Shown here: positions 61,401-64,000 of the stretch, in pieces | How positions within the stretch are numbered: position 1 is the stretch's first letter | How the letters are laid out: every line of letters begins with the position of its first letter | Source of the DNA: Clostridia bacterium | Lineage (GTDB): Bacteria > Bacillota > Clostridia > Christensenellales > UBA1242 | Direction of reading: 5' to 3' | NCBI GenBank assembly: GCA_017453125.1 | Contig: JAFTKS010000012.1 | Location: 187,790 to 251,789, forward strand | Length of the DNA: 64,000 bases | Made by a program: the position numbers and the translations under genes | Notes under the pieces: model-generated | Databases searched by the model: none | What the model was told of the DNA's origin: nothing | The model's input: only the letters and a program-made list of their open reading frames with translations

Positions 61401-64000
61401 AAGCGGAATTATTAATATTGATACATCAAATAGTGTTGCAAACAAACTTTATGAAGTTGGTACTAGTATAGGATTCACGCTTGGTGCTGATTATAACGAC
61501 GAAAAATACAAAAAGGTAATTGATGCAAAATCAATTCAAAACAACCAAACAGAAAATCCAGAATCTACAACAAGTAATGCATCTTATAATAGCTATGATT
61601 TGTTCTCAACAAACAAAGTTCTTGTAGAATTCACTAGAAGTTTTGATAAACACGACTTTAACAAAAAGTTTGCAAATACAAACTTCCAACAAATATTCAA
61701 AGATAAGCTACCAAACGACACAACAAAGTCTACATTAAGTACAGCTTTGACAAATTATTTGTTTAACGAAAGATTCTATGAAGATACTGTTTATAAATTA
61801 GATATGAGTATGAAAGCCAATGGTGCAGAAGTTATCAACGAACAAAATGACTTCTATACAACAGATACTACATACTTCACTACAAAAACAGGATCTAAAC
61901 CAACTACTCTCAATACAAACAAATACTGGTTCTTCTATGACACGTCTAGTAATTACTATATCGGATTTACCGATTTAGCGGGTTATTATGAGTTTGACTC
62001 AGACGGAAAATTATCAAATAAAAACGCGAATCCAAACACATTAAATATTAGTTTTGATATTTCTCACGACGCACCTGTAGGACAATTCTACGGAAAATAT
62101 TATGCAAGAGAGAATTATGATGAAGACACATCAGAACTTGGTACTGGAAAAAGTATACCTCAATACAAATATGAAATTGATGGCAAGATTGAACAATCTT
62201 ACGGATTACTTACTGAATATATGAATGGTCAGTTGGATCCACTATCATCAACTTCAAAGAATTCCACTTTAGATAAGAATGGAAATTATGTTCAGTTATA
62301 CTCTACCAATAACGAAACATTAATCTTTACATTTGCAAAAACTAATGACACCAACAAAGCTCAGATTGACCCTAATAATATCAAAATTTACAAAGGTCAA
62401 GACAACTCTGCTGCTCACCTAATATTTAATATTGAAGAAGGAAATATAATTGACACTACTGGCAATATTAAACTAAGTAGAACTCGTCAAGGTCAAGCAT
62501 TCTTTAGAAATGTAATTGACAACACAATTTATTATGCAATTGTTATATTTGATAATAACTTGGATGAAATTCTAAGTGAAAAAGAGAAAACCCAAACAGA
62601 GTACGGCAATTATAGATTGCTTACTGCAGAACAGAATAACGATTTTGAAAACTATTATATTCATATTCAATATGTTGGAGACGAAGACAATTACGCAGCA
62701 AATGACGATAATAGCAACGAAATTTCATTCTATGACACAACTTATGAAATCACAATCGACAGAATCAAACCTACATACAACCTTACAAAACTTATGACTC
62801 TTGATAAATATGTATATGTAGATGATTCTACAAAATCTCAGAAATTATCATACTCTAATTATAATTCTGTATTTGAAAACTATGCTAAGTTCTATAATTA
62901 CAAACTTGATGAATCAATGAATTATTATAGAAGCGACTTTGAGAAATATTTCTTCGCACTTGATTGTAGAGAAGAATCTTCATTTGTATTTGAACACGTT
63001 TCAGAACTAGACAATGCAAATAATGGCTCAATTTATCTAAGAAAAGTAAACAAAGATACTTATAAGTTCTCTGTAACTCCAGATGACTACAAAGCATATT
63101 ACACTACCGAATATCTAAGTGGTCACCCACAGTTTACTCCAAGTACTGCAAAAATACTTACACAAAAAGATACCATTGGCATTTCTGCTGACGACACAAA
63201 CCCTAACTATTATAAACTTTCTTTCGGTTACGATAATGACAATGAAATCAATGATGGACTATTATATGCTAGCAACCTATTAGATGCTGGAATCTTCGAA
63301 GAAAATTCGTATTATGAAATTATAGAAGAAGACGAAGCTGGAAACTATCGTGTATATGCTGTTTATATCCCACAACAACAATCAAATGAAATTACTTATA
63401 CATTCAAAAAGAACAGTCAAGCATCTTCTCTAACAGAACATAAAATAAACTTTGATAGTAATTCCACTCCTTATAAAACTGCTAGCGGTATGGAATTACA
63501 ATTTACAAATATCAAATTCAAAGATAATTTCTTAAGAGCAAATCTAACATTTACAACAAACAAGTTCACTCACCTAATTGATATTATCCTAAATCCAAAC
63601 ACTAGTGATGCAAATACTTTCGAAGTATATGTTATCAATAGAACGACCGGTCAAAATTTATGGACATTATCTGGATTATCAAAAGACAAAGTAACAAATG
63701 GCAGTGAACAATATACAAATACCGATTTGTTCATTCAAGCAATCAACGATACCCTTGATTATTATTATGAAAAAATAAATAATAGTTCTGATTCATATTA
63801 TTCAGAATTCGGATACACCGTTCAAATTAATATTATCGACAGAATTGGTGTTAAGGTTATCAACATGCAACGTTTATATGATTATGAAATAACATATAAT
63901 GTCGCAGGAAGTATTTTAATTCCAAAATTCATTCCGAATACTTCAAACTTCACTATCAGATTATCTGGCAAGAAAGGTTCTACATACATCACTTCATTGG
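55468..64000 (+). CDS. Third giant exported protein (more than 2844 aa, truncated by window edge) with Ig-like repeats and an SH3b-like domain
   Basis: GGAG RBS, ATG at 55468, signal peptide MDYRKKKW...AILVVPMIQVNA. Frame stays open to 64000, so it is missing from the ORF track. Ig-like motifs FIIDNSSP, KDEAGN, KDATGN, ITIDRIKP, EDEAGN. Confidence 0.88.
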   Translation, partial: MDYRKKKWNNKLKKFFISTALGVVTFLIAILVVPMIQVNAANLIATRTDLANNNIHFVAAKTKARTADELQVVQYKNKNGSLYSGYAYAYNSNRTINYYDAKTGSLSTSNSDVNTAIATGTSLQGATTYTKIDTEAEGQYLTEDFIPANAEYFDNVEGNKEKIFGNEVGNNDFVLLNNYNSHLSNPDNNTSSYNTYNVENFYLAFGAPFNSDGENTLLNSVVVTARLLTTTLENNQLVSTTHNLVLNPSSTSDIPTSKDGHKARYWSQFFDLNTLTAIDDQKNFYNVDNPQGKYEFKFEFITYNKDLSTNAQTEFNYSFYLLDGSEYTKYPTIYNADILNNLKDGSTNEYFYNFTKENPYIEYDPTKFNLSYTRVNNKSLDNISHTITSYYSDESYTMTQSGSEGIKFTKGVLKYYQGSAEFKRVYILTNYNSAKSIVETSYLSANSAQIPNLQFSSNTYAEFENHLALENLTFEYKTTMVLDDSTAGTYVINTYKTEKYAEHSLTSDFDTFDISQIGARIDSYTFKVTKNIDNSIKVTTEDSDSNVVNFGTYTDTDNLLNLDVQNGVIVDLSDFSIETTIDQQNPSQSKYTLSSTGNDETTKTYTLTKLYYVTESIDNGNEIQVTYKETQKDISLTIDSGAKVYEISDPVNNNIKIQYVVEEKTATDGNSTYLEITSIKLINTANISVSNLSSISNMKLLKEVLNIENYQLSPVYSYQLKFDQLGIYNFSYSYVCPTHEGVEHSKVFVSNALNDSLQQKPSNSTNFTTPTDFAINPDTTTTPAGFTDIKTNEPVYIVVSAPIGSGTITVNGVQYQYANGSNQLSVAGSNITLGSTVANVTVGGASLSATYSIKTIAGQNHLNIAYNIGSVNISEKEITNSYKLKDKDGYRIETETITKYVYTLTTSSATIGNGENAKDIVNALKILESYTDSTVYTTTTSTKQTNPGKDTLHIYGSIAYFNKSPIIPTDSSYAKLEQVSDKNNQGFISDVTQQYFAQYVNVASNAKPANYDYNNIDYTNFKGKIATLRNKNNIIITDVTPVLWNNFSTLSYNGKISQSYIYRYTKYKFDNDGNIIPGSACQTSTFGKDVYCQFDGLYEVVIFYTYENLPSEVQQSDNKVIDYTDLLYYQVFTFIIDNSSPELNVLVDSIDENGNNIVDNDTIYIDKDGLHSKDLGVVYENLGLANYTNRNVRLMWKVPTYFQNDIFIEVNRKNYSSEDSGYNFNGIFKYSEKTITGNASSTLVDSFITMGKLLNKDGKYYYYLDIKDSVAVEDGLIDSVINGKYKITLHYGASGKSTFTEEFTIDKQEIDGLSILPIVKTDNGNYVVNTALPFDTLNSSSKQNTQLINRDFTFRFNKKDSSASIFVYYDKISLASYEEYDRIINSSNNTMGITTKSYINGNNITIGTQYNYAYTHYNYENMVNNENVITSNSSCIYLFRLKDEAGNECRYVIFYDKTDPRFLTAPEPRSSNRVVNSTTRAIWGDYKAIKILSDAESENNNDALTGFIADPSKGGYVTINNSAKVYKDIKVADEYLNTADNIATTLSKGDKVHILSWDEDSEYTQITYTLPNTTTITGYINTKYIQASGKVTNYTSEQISTLPLVLGYMNSNPLLFKNIKIEAIVENGVTNYYALIPISDITIEDNQYGSEAKNTTNENLTEYYFFPTDPKNSDNTITLPVYNADGSINSQAGDKTYTISGTPTYLSATDFDGTSKNRYVNLTYTYQIGEPTTTATKSIAGAFGEGVFIYNVKDATGNISSGLIWMNLDRTETMGLGTFNYSDNVDYAQTFINSDVPGTYAASNFYVSSIPADETNGIPTYSVTYKHFEYNAEFYSELFGNNNLSISNISLKVDGNAQFMIISLSNETQLTIQLKDADGNDYPRHSYPYDLQGSSEKDVYEGGFTTKTEIDSENNSIERKYSLTLNATTDINKKQIVSEEGLYIVKREYDATLFNDDDYAESLKNDKRIVYRVFYIDRSGIINIDTSNSVANKLYEVGTSIGFTLGADYNDEKYKKVIDAKSIQNNQTENPESTTSNASYNSYDLFSTNKVLVEFTRSFDKHDFNKKFANTNFQQIFKDKLPNDTTKSTLSTALTNYLFNERFYEDTVYKLDMSMKANGAEVINEQNDFYTTDTTYFTTKTGSKPTTLNTNKYWFFYDTSSNYYIGFTDLAGYYEFDSDGKLSNKNANPNTLNISFDISHDAPVGQFYGKYYARENYDEDTSELGTGKSIPQYKYEIDGKIEQSYGLLTEYMNGQLDPLSSTSKNSTLDKNGNYVQLYSTNNETLIFTFAKTNDTNKAQIDPNNIKIYKGQDNSAAHLIFNIEEGNIIDTTGNIKLSRTRQGQAFFRNVIDNTIYYAIVIFDNNLDEILSEKEKTQTEYGNYRLLTAEQNNDFENYYIHIQYVGDEDNYAANDDNSNEISFYDTTYEITIDRIKPTYNLTKLMTLDKYVYVDDSTKSQKLSYSNYNSVFENYAKFYNYKLDESMNYYRSDFEKYFFALDCREESSFVFEHVSELDNANNGSIYLRKVNKDTYKFSVTPDDYKAYYTTEYLSGHPQFTPSTAKILTQKDTIGISADDTNPNYYKLSFGYDNDNEINDGLLYASNLLDAGIFEENSYYEIIEEDEAGNYRVYAVYIPQQQSNEITYTFKKNSQASSLTEHKINFDSNSTPYKTASGMELQFTNIKFKDNFLRANLTFTTNKFTHLIDIILNPNTSDANTFEVYVINRTTGQNLWTLSGLSKDKVTNGSEQYTNTDLFIQAINDTLDYYYEKINNSSDSYYSEFGYTVQINIIDRIGVKVINMQRLYDYEITYNVAGSILIPKFIPNTSNFTIRLSGKKGSTYITSL

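Noticed and set aside
55598-63097. Short ORFs in the last 8.5 kb
   Set aside because: They overlap the continuous frame starting at 55468.

Overview
AT-rich chromosomal window from a spore-forming Bacillota (Clostridia-like) bacterium, standard code 11. About 50.6 kb of the 64 kb (79%) encodes three giant exported proteins. Two are tandem, colinear lipoprotein paralogues on the minus strand, built of Ig-like and GLUG beta-solenoid modules. One is 8749 aa and ends in an NlpC/P60-like Cys/His domain. The other is about 5279 codons, split by a single in-frame TAA. The third is a signal-peptide protein of more than 2844 aa with Ig-like repeats and an SH3b-like domain; it runs off the right edge and is absent from the ORF track. 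The giants sit among core genes: rpoB-rpoC(5' part), ttcA, spoIIID, acpP, spoIIQ, ywmB, a degenerate polysaccharide deacetylase, an LPG-synthase TM protein, yabP-yabQ-divIC and three tRNAs (fMet, Met, Glu). Both Met tRNAs are followed by tandem repeats (about 182 and 228 bp) that copy the tRNA 3' end. The two repeat units share a hairpin architecture and short motifs despite different stem sequences, making them a candidate undescribed tRNA-linked element. RpoB carries H526Q/L533V-equivalent substitutions in the rifampicin pocket. All calls come from reading the sequence by eye; no database searches were run.
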